This document shows positions 57,177 through 64,000 of a DNA stretch of 64,000 nucleotides, piece by piece. A program made the position numbers and the translations under genes. Position 1 is the first letter of the stretch. Every line of letters starts with the position of its first letter. The notes under the pieces are model-generated. The model was not told the origin of the DNA, made no database searches, and saw only the letters and a list, made by a program, of their open reading frames with translations. Source of the DNA: a virus; the IMG/VR virus record IMGVR_UViG_3300032401_000006, positions 4,848 through 68,847 of that record, one strand, 5' to 3'.

Positions 57177-57491
57177 ATGAAAGTAGACAATCCAACACCT
57201 GAAGTCATTGAGCTGGCCCGAGAACAGCAGCGTCTCCAGCACGCGCTCCAGACTGGCATCGCGATGAAGATGTCCATGATGCTGACGCGAGAGACTCAGG
57301 AGAAGCATTTGAGAGTCGGGGTCGACACCTGTCTGTGTTCTCATGCCGGCCTCTGTGCGCTTCTGATTGAGCGAGGTATGATAACACATGAGGAGCTTTT
57401 GCAGATGGAGAATGAATATCTCAAGCGGGATGTCACCAGGGCAGAATCAGAGCTTTCGAATGTGTTGGGCAGATCGGTGACATTGGTTTGA
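57177..57491 (+). CDS. Hypothetical protein
   Basis: KHLRVGV..LLIERGMITHEE. Confidence 0.65.
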   Translation: MKVDNPTPEVIELAREQQRLQHALQTGIAMKMSMMLTRETQEKHLRVGVDTCLCSHAGLCALLIERGMITHEELLQMENEYLKRDVTRAESELSNVLGRSVTLV

Positions 57492-57598
57492 GCGATCTTG
57501 CCCGCCGTGCGGTCAATTTGTTTGCCAGCTAGACGGCGCCGCGACCGCGGCTTTATGAAGCAAGTTGCATGGCGGGCAATGCAAAACAGGAGTAAGAT

Positions 57599-57823
57599 AT
57601 GGCTAAAACTGCAGAACAATACACTCAATTCATCAAGGCACTGTTTGAGTTGTGTGACAAGCACGAAATCGGAATACAGCCCGTGTGCGAGACTGAAGGA
57701 ATTCTCGGTGAGCTACTACTATACGACCCACTCGATCTGAAAAGTACGAGGTGGGATATCCCCACGGAACCTTTTCTCACTGAAATAAGCGATCATGGGA
57801 TTGTGTATTTGAGTAGAAGATAA
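57599..57823 (+). CDS. Hypothetical protein
   Basis: RBS AGGAG, 74 aa. Confidence 0.55.
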   Translation: MAKTAEQYTQFIKALFELCDKHEIGIQPVCETEGILGELLLYDPLDLKSTRWDIPTEPFLTEISDHGIVYLSRR

Positions 57824-57832
57824 GGAGCAATC

Positions 57833-58096
57833 ATGCCAGCAAGAATGCGACATCCAAAACTACCTGGTCAGAAATCCCGTAGAGTGATCCGACAAGAGGC
57901 AAAATACAAATGGGAGCAACGTGCCGTGGCGGCCTTTGGTCCCAGCGCCGTTCTTTATTGTGATCGAGCCGGCACGAAAATCGTGGGATTGTCGAAAGAT
58001 GGCGGTCCGGATCACATCATCGTCTTGGCAAAGGGTGAGTCCTACGGAGAAGCACTACAGCTGGCAGTAGAGACAAAAGCGGAGTTCATGATATGA
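57833..58096 (+). CDS. Hypothetical protein
   Basis: RBS AAGGAG, 87 aa. Confidence 0.55.
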   Translation: MPARMRHPKLPGQKSRRVIRQEAKYKWEQRAVAAFGPSAVLYCDRAGTKIVGLSKDGGPDHIIVLAKGESYGEALQLAVETKAEFMI

Positions 58097-58434
58097 CACC
58101 CAGCTGGTCATGCAAAATCCCGGACAAGTATAAAAAGCAAGTTCGCAGCTTTTTCACGGACCTGCAAGAGAGGATTAAATATCGTCGATTTCTCCGCAGC
58201 CTCAAAAGCGTACCGGTCAGAGGTGTCAAAGTCTTGACTTGGGATGAATGGGGAAAAGGTGAATATGTCTGGACCGACAACCCAGTTTGGATCTTGGCCG
58301 ATATCTGCCGCAGAGCAGGCCAGCCGCTTGACACAACATGTGAGGGTATACGATCGATCTACCGGGCAGCGATGGCATGTGAAGAGCTGGTCTGCAACAT
58401 ATCTATCACTGACAGAAAGATAGAGAAATATTGA
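58093..58434 (+). CDS. Small protein resembling an internal segment of tail-tip protein J
   Basis: VRGVKV..WTDNPVWILADI..AAMACEELV. Confidence 0.5.
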   Translation: MTPSWSCKIPDKYKKQVRSFFTDLQERIKYRRFLRSLKSVPVRGVKVLTWDEWGKGEYVWTDNPVWILADICRRAGQPLDTTCEGIRSIYRAAMACEELVCNISITDRKIEKY

Positions 58435-58595
58435 ATTTCACTGTCGTGGTGCAAATCAATAGGCATCAGTTGGCAAGACAATTACTCGTAACCGCTCTGA
58501 TCGCGTTCATGACCGCAGCCATTCCAATCACAATCATATTTGGCACGGTGAAATTGAGTCAGCTGTTCTACGACTGGTTCATCTGGTAGGTGTAT

Positions 58596-58796
58596 ATGCC
58601 GATCAAAGAGAACAAACCCGGAACAAGATTGTTTCAGATCAAGGCGCCACACTTCACGGCGGGCATCATACTGGAAGATGGAAAGACGATCAAGACTGCG
58701 CCGATAATCAGATACATGAAAGGGTGGTCGGTGCCGGAAGTCCTCCACTACTGCAGAAAGAACGCTTGGACTTGCATTGAAGTTGAAATGGAATGA
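58596..58796 (+). CDS. Hypothetical protein
   Basis: QIKAPHFTAG..APIIRYMKGW..YCRKNAW. Confidence 0.6.
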   Translation: MPIKENKPGTRLFQIKAPHFTAGIILEDGKTIKTAPIIRYMKGWSVPEVLHYCRKNAWTCIEVEME

Positions 58797-59001
58797 GCAA
58801 CACCACCTGAACTGAATAATTCAGTGAATTAACAGCAAAATCCGCAAAACGGTAAAAGCCACTCGAATACAGCTCCAATAACTCTCGGAGGATCGCTTGG
58901 GGGCGTTGTTTTTAGAGAAGTTCGTGGGTTTATACCTCTTTATACTCAAAAACGGAGGCAGAGCTGCGTGGAGCAGATAAACAGAAAAGCGGTATTGAAA
59001 T

Positions 59002-59043
59002 AAAAAAATGGCCCGGTGGGATGATGTTTTTACCCACCGGGCC
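59002..59043 (-). terminator. Rho-independent terminator at the convergence point
   Basis: GGCCCGGTGGG/CCCACCGGGCC stem followed by a T7 run on the minus strand. Confidence 0.75.
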
Positions 59044-59076
59044 TGATGTAGGGTCGGATGTACTACGGTTGGTTGT

Positions 59077-59487
59077 TCAAGCTCCGAGTCCGCATGCGAG
59101 TTGTCCACCGCGGGCCCACGCTATCGCCTGTCGCATATTTGTACTTGTGAAGATTTGCCACCGAGACTGAAGAAGTCGCCGGTCGTACTGGTCTTGCCGT
59201 GATCTCAAACTATCAAAGAGTGTGACGCCGTGCACAACGCGCCAGATGGCTGTGGGGGGCCCTTCGCCTTGGAGAATCGCTCGTACTGTTACCGCACACG
59301 CGAGAAACGCAATCACCAAGACGAAAGAAGCCAGCAAAGCCATGAGCAGCGCTGCAAGAACTGTCATCATGTTCTGTGTCTCCTTTCTTCTCATTTTTGA
59401 CTTGACTGTTTCATGGCCGGAGCCTTTCGACCCCGGCCACTTTTGGTTACGCTGCTTTAGGCAGTTCGTCTTTTGATGGTTTTCCAC
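59077..59487 (-). CDS. Hypothetical membrane protein
   Basis: Long hydrophobic segment; start uncertain. Confidence 0.45.
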   Translation of the reverse strand: MENHQKTNCLKQRNQKWPGSKGSGHETVKSKMRRKETQNMMTVLAALLMALLASFVLVIAFLACAVTVRAILQGEGPPTAIWRVVHGVTLFDSLRSRQDQYDRRLLQSRWQIFTSTNMRQAIAWARGGQLACGLGA

Positions 59488-59608
59488 TGTCCCAAAACCG
59501 TGAAACGCAACCGGTCAACAATCAGCATGACTTATTATACCCCACCACGGCTGAGGGCAATAAGAAATAATTTCCCGGCAGCGCCCTGGCGGGGAGCGGC
59601 CGCAGAGG

Positions 59609-59651
59609 GAGTGCGTGGGTCCGGACGCGGAAGAGACCCACGCACTCTTTT
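59609..59651. terminator. Strong hairpin, possible terminator
   Basis: GAGTGCGTGGGTC/GACCCACGCACTC followed by TTTT. Confidence 0.55.
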
Positions 59652-59674
59652 GTTCACTGCCGAGAAAGTCAAGG

Positions 59675-59965
59675 TCATCGATCCAGTAGCTCGTCCAACT
59701 TCTTGTCGATCGATCGGAGCAGTGTCAGAACTTCTCCAGCGCCCGACAGAGCTTCATGACGTCCCACCTCAGCCGGTTGGTCTAGACTTAGATCAGCGCC
59801 AGGCGGTATAGGGATCTCAGCTTCTTTTTGCGCCCTCGAAACGAATGCCTTGACGATAGACAGGCTAAGTCCGGAGCCCTCTGCCATCTCCTCAAAAGTG
59901 TAACCCATTCGAGTGACCGGATTGATCTGCCCGATAAATCTTGCTTTGAATTCCTCGTAGTCCAT
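59675..59965 (-). CDS. HTH-like protein
   Basis: GYTFEEMAEGSGLSLSIVKAFV. Confidence 0.6.
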   Translation of the reverse strand: MDYEEFKARFIGQINPVTRMGYTFEEMAEGSGLSLSIVKAFVSRAQKEAEIPIPPGADLSLDQPAEVGRHEALSGAGEVLTLLRSIDKKLDELLDR

Positions 59966-60010
59966 AAATCTCCTTTTCTTTCTTCTTTCTTCTTTCGGTT
60001 CGGTTATTGG

Positions 60011-60229
60011 TTATGCCGGGGTCGTGGCTGGCGGCGTCGTAGCTTTCAACTTGGCCTCAAGAATTGTCCTGATGATCTCCGCATTCAAATCTTTCGTCTC
60101 CTCGTTCAGCGGCAGTAGAACGATCGGCGTGGTGGTGCCATCTGCGTTCTTGTGCAGAACGAGGAGCAGGACAACGAGACCAAGATCAGTAATCATCTTG
60201 GCTATGGCAATGTAGTCACTGGCCTGCAT
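60011..60229 (-). CDS. Small hydrophobic lysis-region protein
   Basis: 72 aa, overlaps the lipoprotein gene end. Confidence 0.5.
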   Translation of the reverse strand: MQASDYIAIAKMITDLGLVVLLLVLHKNADGTTTPIVLLPLNEETKDLNAEIIRTILEAKLKATTPPATTPA

Positions 60230-60749
60230 AAGCTGCCTCCAGATTGGCTGGAATACTGCTCTGATTTACTTGGATGGCTTCCAGGAAAAGTGTCACGGCA
60301 TTGAGTGAGATCTCAATGATATTGGCGATGTCGGTGGCTTTCTTCTTCGCCTCGATATTTTTGATCCCCAACAGCCCGTTGTCAATATCCACCCTGGCCT
60401 TTTTGAATATCGGGATCAACGCATTGCGGATGCCTGCCGGCGTCGTCAGATCATTGGTCAGCAAAGCCTCTGTCGTATTGCGGGCGATCTCATTGTACTG
60501 AGTGATTTTCATGATGATGTCGAGTATCACCAGCTGGTCCGGGGTCGGGTTTGGGTACTGCTGAAGAATGTCCTGCGTGGCAGTCATGCAGGCCTTCGCG
60601 ATCGCGTTGGTGTATTTGTCGATCTGATTCGCCACCGCCACAACTTGCTGCTTGACGGTTGGTGGGGTAGGTGTATTTACTTTCACCGCGCAGCCCTGAA
60701 GCATCAGCACTAATGCCAGGACTGGTATTGCTGTTCTCATTGTTCTCAT
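60216..60749 (-). CDS. Lipoprotein (lysis region, spanin-like position)
   Basis: Signal peptide with lipobox LQGC; helical body. Confidence 0.65.
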   Translation of the reverse strand: MRTMRTAIPVLALVLMLQGCAVKVNTPTPPTVKQQVVAVANQIDKYTNAIAKACMTATQDILQQYPNPTPDQLVILDIIMKITQYNEIARNTTEALLTNDLTTPAGIRNALIPIFKKARVDIDNGLLGIKNIEAKKKATDIANIIEISLNAVTLFLEAIQVNQSSIPANLEAAYAGQ

Positions 60750-60776
60750 CGCGTCCCTCCCTTGAGGATCAAAAGT

Positions 60777-61142
60777 CTACGGTTTAGGTTCGTTCGTTGA
60801 CGTACTTGTAGATGTCGTCTTTGTTGTCTCGGTCATCTTTGAAGTAGTTTCAATGACTCCCGGCAACGGTGATTGTTTGAGGTAATAAAACAAAGCAAGC
60901 AAGGCGTTGATGACAAATACGGTTGCCATCAGCTCCAATGTTTTGTGAAGGCCCCCTCCTGCGTTGAAGGTCTCAGGGGCAATGATCACTGCACCTATGG
61001 TGCTCGTCACCGCGCTCGCCCCGCCCCCGATCGCAGAGAAGAACAGGTGATATAACCAGTCAGACCAAGCAAGTTGTTTCATTTGTTCCAACATAAATGA
61101 GCTCCTCAGTGCGATTACGCTGCTTTGTCCAGTTCGGCCCAC
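60777..61142 (-). CDS. Holin-like membrane protein
   Basis: Two to three TM segments, YLKQSPLP; follows the endolysin. Confidence 0.65.
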   Translation of the reverse strand: MGRTGQSSVIALRSSFMLEQMKQLAWSDWLYHLFFSAIGGGASAVTSTIGAVIIAPETFNAGGGLHKTLELMATVFVINALLALFYYLKQSPLPGVIETTSKMTETTKTTSTSTSTNEPKP

Positions 61143-61699
61143 ACCCTTGGCAGGCCTCCGATTTTATACAGACCTTGAGCTTGGGGCAGAGTCAGCCCGA
61201 ACGTGCACTGAACGTGTGGGGCTTCCTTAAACTCCTTCCACCACCATGCTGAATCCAACCCCATGTCGCGGGCGATCGTGGCCATCTGCACCCAATCATT
61301 ACGCTTGTTGTTGTCAGCATCTAAAAAGGCCTGCCATGACCATTGTATGGATGGCTTCTCAGCCATTCCATCTGGAACATAATCATCCGCCAGGCCATAT
61401 TGATGCCAGCTCTCGCCCGGGCGGGCCTTGGTAACGATCAAGCCGAAGGGATGTATCTGGCAGGACCCGATCGGGCGCGGCTTACTCTCACCCTTGTGCA
61501 TACATTCCGGGCCCGGCGCCATTCGCCCCTTGAGATATTCAACAGCCTGCTCCTCAAAAGAACGCAAGCCGCAGAAGGAGTAGAACGGTAATCTAACCGC
61601 CCACAACTTCATCTCAAATTGGCGCATCTTGTCGGCAAATCGTGGATACAGCAATTCTTTGTGATCTCGGGGGTTAGGTTTTGAAATAATGATGCTCAT
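61115..61699 (-). CDS. Endolysin, M15-family (L-Ala-D-Glu) peptidase
   Basis: GLRSFEEQ, SWHQYGLADD, EAPHVQ. Confidence 0.9.
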   Translation of the reverse strand: MSIIISKPNPRDHKELLYPRFADKMRQFEMKLWAVRLPFYSFCGLRSFEEQAVEYLKGRMAPGPECMHKGESKPRPIGSCQIHPFGLIVTKARPGESWHQYGLADDYVPDGMAEKPSIQWSWQAFLDADNNKRNDWVQMATIARDMGLDSAWWWKEFKEAPHVQCTFGLTLPQAQGLYKIGGLPRVWAELDKAA

Positions 61700-61709
61700 A
61701 GTACTCCTT

Positions 61710-62234
61710 CTATTTGAAGTGCTTTAGGAGCTCGGGAGCATGCATCCCGATAAGAATAGCCCCGATGGCGGCAAAGAGATAGATCACGGGCCAGATCCAC
61801 CGTAACCATTTTTCGCTAGTCTCTTTGGCGATAACTCGACCCTCCTCTTTTCTCTCGACATCATCAAGTCTTTGCCGAACTACAGTCGATCCGGCATATT
61901 GACCGGTGGCAAGCTGATTTTCGATGTGATTTATTTTCTCTCGAATTTCACACTGAAGGGGGTGTTCGACCAGCCTGATTTCAAGTTCATTGTTTTTTTC
62001 AAAAAGACTTGTAACGCTCCCATTTATCTTATCCAATCTGGCAATGATGTGTTCTTGCCCAGCTTCTAATCGAGCAAGCGCTCCCACAACTTGATCATGA
62101 AAAGGTCCAGAGTTATCGGGCATGGCGCAATCTCCACTGTGCGCGCGTCGGCGCGCTGGTTGCGTTTTTGATATCATGGTTCCTGCGCGGTGACTCTCAT
62201 CAAAACAACAAGCATCACCGCGCAGGAACCACAC
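61710..62234 (-). CDS. Coiled-coil protein with C-terminal TM (holin/lysis accessory)
   Basis: LDKINGSV coiled coil plus terminal hydrophobic helix; start probably ~62123. Confidence 0.6.
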   Translation of the reverse strand: MWFLRGDACCFDESHRAGTMISKTQPARRRAHSGDCAMPDNSGPFHDQVVGALARLEAGQEHIIARLDKINGSVTSLFEKNNELEIRLVEHPLQCEIREKINHIENQLATGQYAGSTVVRQRLDDVERKEEGRVIAKETSEKWLRWIWPVIYLFAAIGAILIGMHAPELLKHFK

Positions 62235-62246
62235 TAAACTGAATCA

Positions 62247-62723
62247 CTAAGAAGCCGGGGCAGGATCCCCCTGCTCGGCAACTTCTTCTTCATCGACCGG
62301 CTTCACTGCCTTCAAATAGTCAGCCAGCTGCTCGATCCACATCAGCCACTGCGTCGGCAGCTCAACGTCCTTGTCCAAGAGCTTGACCAGCCACTGGATG
62401 TCACCAAGGGTCATCTCTGCGGAGTATTCACCATTCTCGTCGATCTCGTTTGGTTGCGCGATCTCTTCCTGCCAGACCCGCCAGGAACGGGACTCACCAC
62501 GCTTCATCTTCGGCTGGATCGAGTTGACCGCTGTGGTGATCGTGACCTTGGCGCAGGCCACCCGGGCCATCAATTGCCGCTTCTCCTTGTTCTCGACGAG
62601 TTCACCATCGTCGTCACGGCCGAAACTGCGGATGTCTCCGGCGCTCAAGATCAGTGGAACCGCCGCCAGGTTGAAAACAACGCGCTTGCCTTCGTAAACA
62701 CTTCGTTTCGCTGCGTCTCCCAT
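62247..62723 (-). CDS. Hypothetical protein
   Basis: RBS AGGAG, 158 aa. Confidence 0.6.
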   Translation of the reverse strand: MGDAAKRSVYEGKRVVFNLAAVPLILSAGDIRSFGRDDDGELVENKEKRQLMARVACAKVTITTAVNSIQPKMKRGESRSWRVWQEEIAQPNEIDENGEYSAEMTLGDIQWLVKLLDKDVELPTQWLMWIEQLADYLKAVKPVDEEEVAEQGDPAPAS

Positions 62724-62845
62724 TGTGTTCGCTCCTAGTTTGAAATTGATTCAGTTAACCACGAAGAATACCCCACCAGCCGTAAGAACGACGACCAGAA
62801 GGAATATTTGCCATTATCACACCCGCCATAAAAAATCCGCACATA

Positions 62846-63136
62846 TTACTTATCCCTTCGCATAACGTTGAGAATCGTGTGGTTGTTTGCCAACCATGCC
62901 TGGAGATTGGTGTTCAGTGTGACGGCCATTTCATATACTTGATTGGCCGTCAACCCCATCGGGTTTGCCGTCTCGTCTGCGATCGGGTCGGTCCCAGCAT
63001 GATTCGGATCATACCCTCGGTCGGTGTAGATCGCAGAGAGATCTTTGATGTCAGATGTGGCTTCCAGCAATTTGGTGGCTGCTGCAGCAAGTCCGTGAAT
63101 GAACGCCTGCTTGTTCGCTGTGGTTTCTACCGCCAT
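62846..63136 (-). CDS. Hypothetical protein
   Basis: RBS GGAGG, 96 aa. Confidence 0.6.
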   Translation of the reverse strand: MAVETTANKQAFIHGLAAAATKLLEATSDIKDLSAIYTDRGYDPNHAGTDPIADETANPMGLTANQVYEMAVTLNTNLQAWLANNHTILNVMRRDK

Positions 63137-63145
63137 CGCTTCCTC

Positions 63146-64000
63146 CTAATTTGGATTGATTACGTTTAATTCCAATTCTGTCACACAAGCTTCGAGACGG
63201 GTGATTTTCTGCGCATCCGTTTCGTAGAGTTCGTGTAGAGCTTTTATGCTTTGCACGAGATACCCTGCGACGTTCACTTCATTTAAACACGGAATCTGAT
63301 CTCGATCACAGTTCTTCGCGTACCATTCGTTTTTGTTGTAGATGACAAGTCCTGTCATTATGGGGTCGATTCCACCTACGGAATATTGGTGGTCTTTGTA
63401 GGTGAACCGTTCTACTTGTGTGCGAAGAAGTTCAGAGAGGTAGTATTCAGGCGCATGTGCGGGGCCGAGGATGTTCTTAAGTTCGTGCCATGAAGTTTGA
63501 TCGCCTACTACTGCGCCTGCGGTATCGGCTACTGTTGGGGTGCCGGATGAACCTGTTGGTTGAGCGGTGTGATAGCGTAATTTATGGGCCGCATCGGTCC
63601 AGTAAACAGAGTTTGTTCCCCCGGCCTCAACCAGAAAAAGAACTCCCGCTGCTGGACCTTCTGCACCCGCACTAATATTATTCCCGGCGTAAAGATACGC
63701 CCCACCAAGATTATTTCCAAAATTACAGGCATTGGCTTCTATGCCAGCGGCCGTGGCATACGTTACTACTCCTACCCGTGAAGCACCATTGCATTTCCAG
63801 ATCGTATTGTAGCCACTATTAGACGCAGACGTATCAAATATTGCCGTGACACGATTCGTCGCGCCACTCAGCACGTCGAGTTGTGCGCCGGGGGCAGTCG
63901 TCCCGATGCCGACGTTGCCATCGGATTGTATTCTCATCCTTTCCGTACCTGTAACTGTAGTATTATTTGCCGCCGTATACCAACGAATCATAGTAGCAGT
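63146..64000 (-). CDS. Tail fibre with C-terminal intramolecular chaperone (S74-like); 5' part outside window
   Basis: ERMRIQSDGNVGIGTTAP repeat; TSWHELKNI cleavage-like motif; LVQSIKAL coiled tail; frame open to the window edge. Confidence 0.8.
   Translation of the reverse strand, partial: TATMIRWYTAANNTTVTGTERMRIQSDGNVGIGTTAPGAQLDVLSGATNRVTAIFDTSASNSGYNTIWKCNGASRVGVVTYATAAGIEANACNFGNNLGGAYLYAGNNISAGAEGPAAGVLFLVEAGGTNSVYWTDAAHKLRYHTAQPTGSSGTPTVADTAGAVVGDQTSWHELKNILGPAHAPEYYLSELLRTQVERFTYKDHQYSVGGIDPIMTGLVIYNKNEWYAKNCDRDQIPCLNEVNVAGYLVQSIKALHELYETDAQKITRLEACVTELELNVINPN

Overview
This is a 64-kb slice of a large tailed dsDNA phage (Caudoviricetes-like), almost all encoded on the minus strand; both ends run off inside genes and no integrase, canonical tRNA or CRISPR array was seen. 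Left to right: head/packaging module (1-17.8 kb); recombination, replication and DNA modification (19-45 kb: split Rad50/SbcC plus Mre11, RuvC, RecA, SSB, clamp and loader, split UDG-exonuclease/PolA, GREB1/TAGT-like glycosyltransferase, DnaB, primase, SF2 helicase); a putative early operon (MoxR AAA plus VWA) behind a ~550-nt structured leader; a divergent plus-strand accessory block (52.3-58.8 kb); lysis genes and a tail fibre. The strongest signal is in the head module. The prohead-protease ORF (>1100 aa, 1..3303, missed by the ORF track), MuF, portal and three neighbouring genes share one grammar: Lys-ending linker, short conserved tag (e.g. WDESEHPR..GQF, FNDVHDERGRF, GGPGSGNFGHEGRPG, GDVEGHEFRGNQY), then an unrelated cargo domain (HD hydrolase, ADP-ribosyltransferase, topoisomerase IB, Cys-His-Asp enzyme, HAD phosphatase, JAB domain, unknown domains). 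I infer a protease-processed, capsid-packaged, cassette-swappable effector delivery system. All calls come from manual motif reading; no searches were run.
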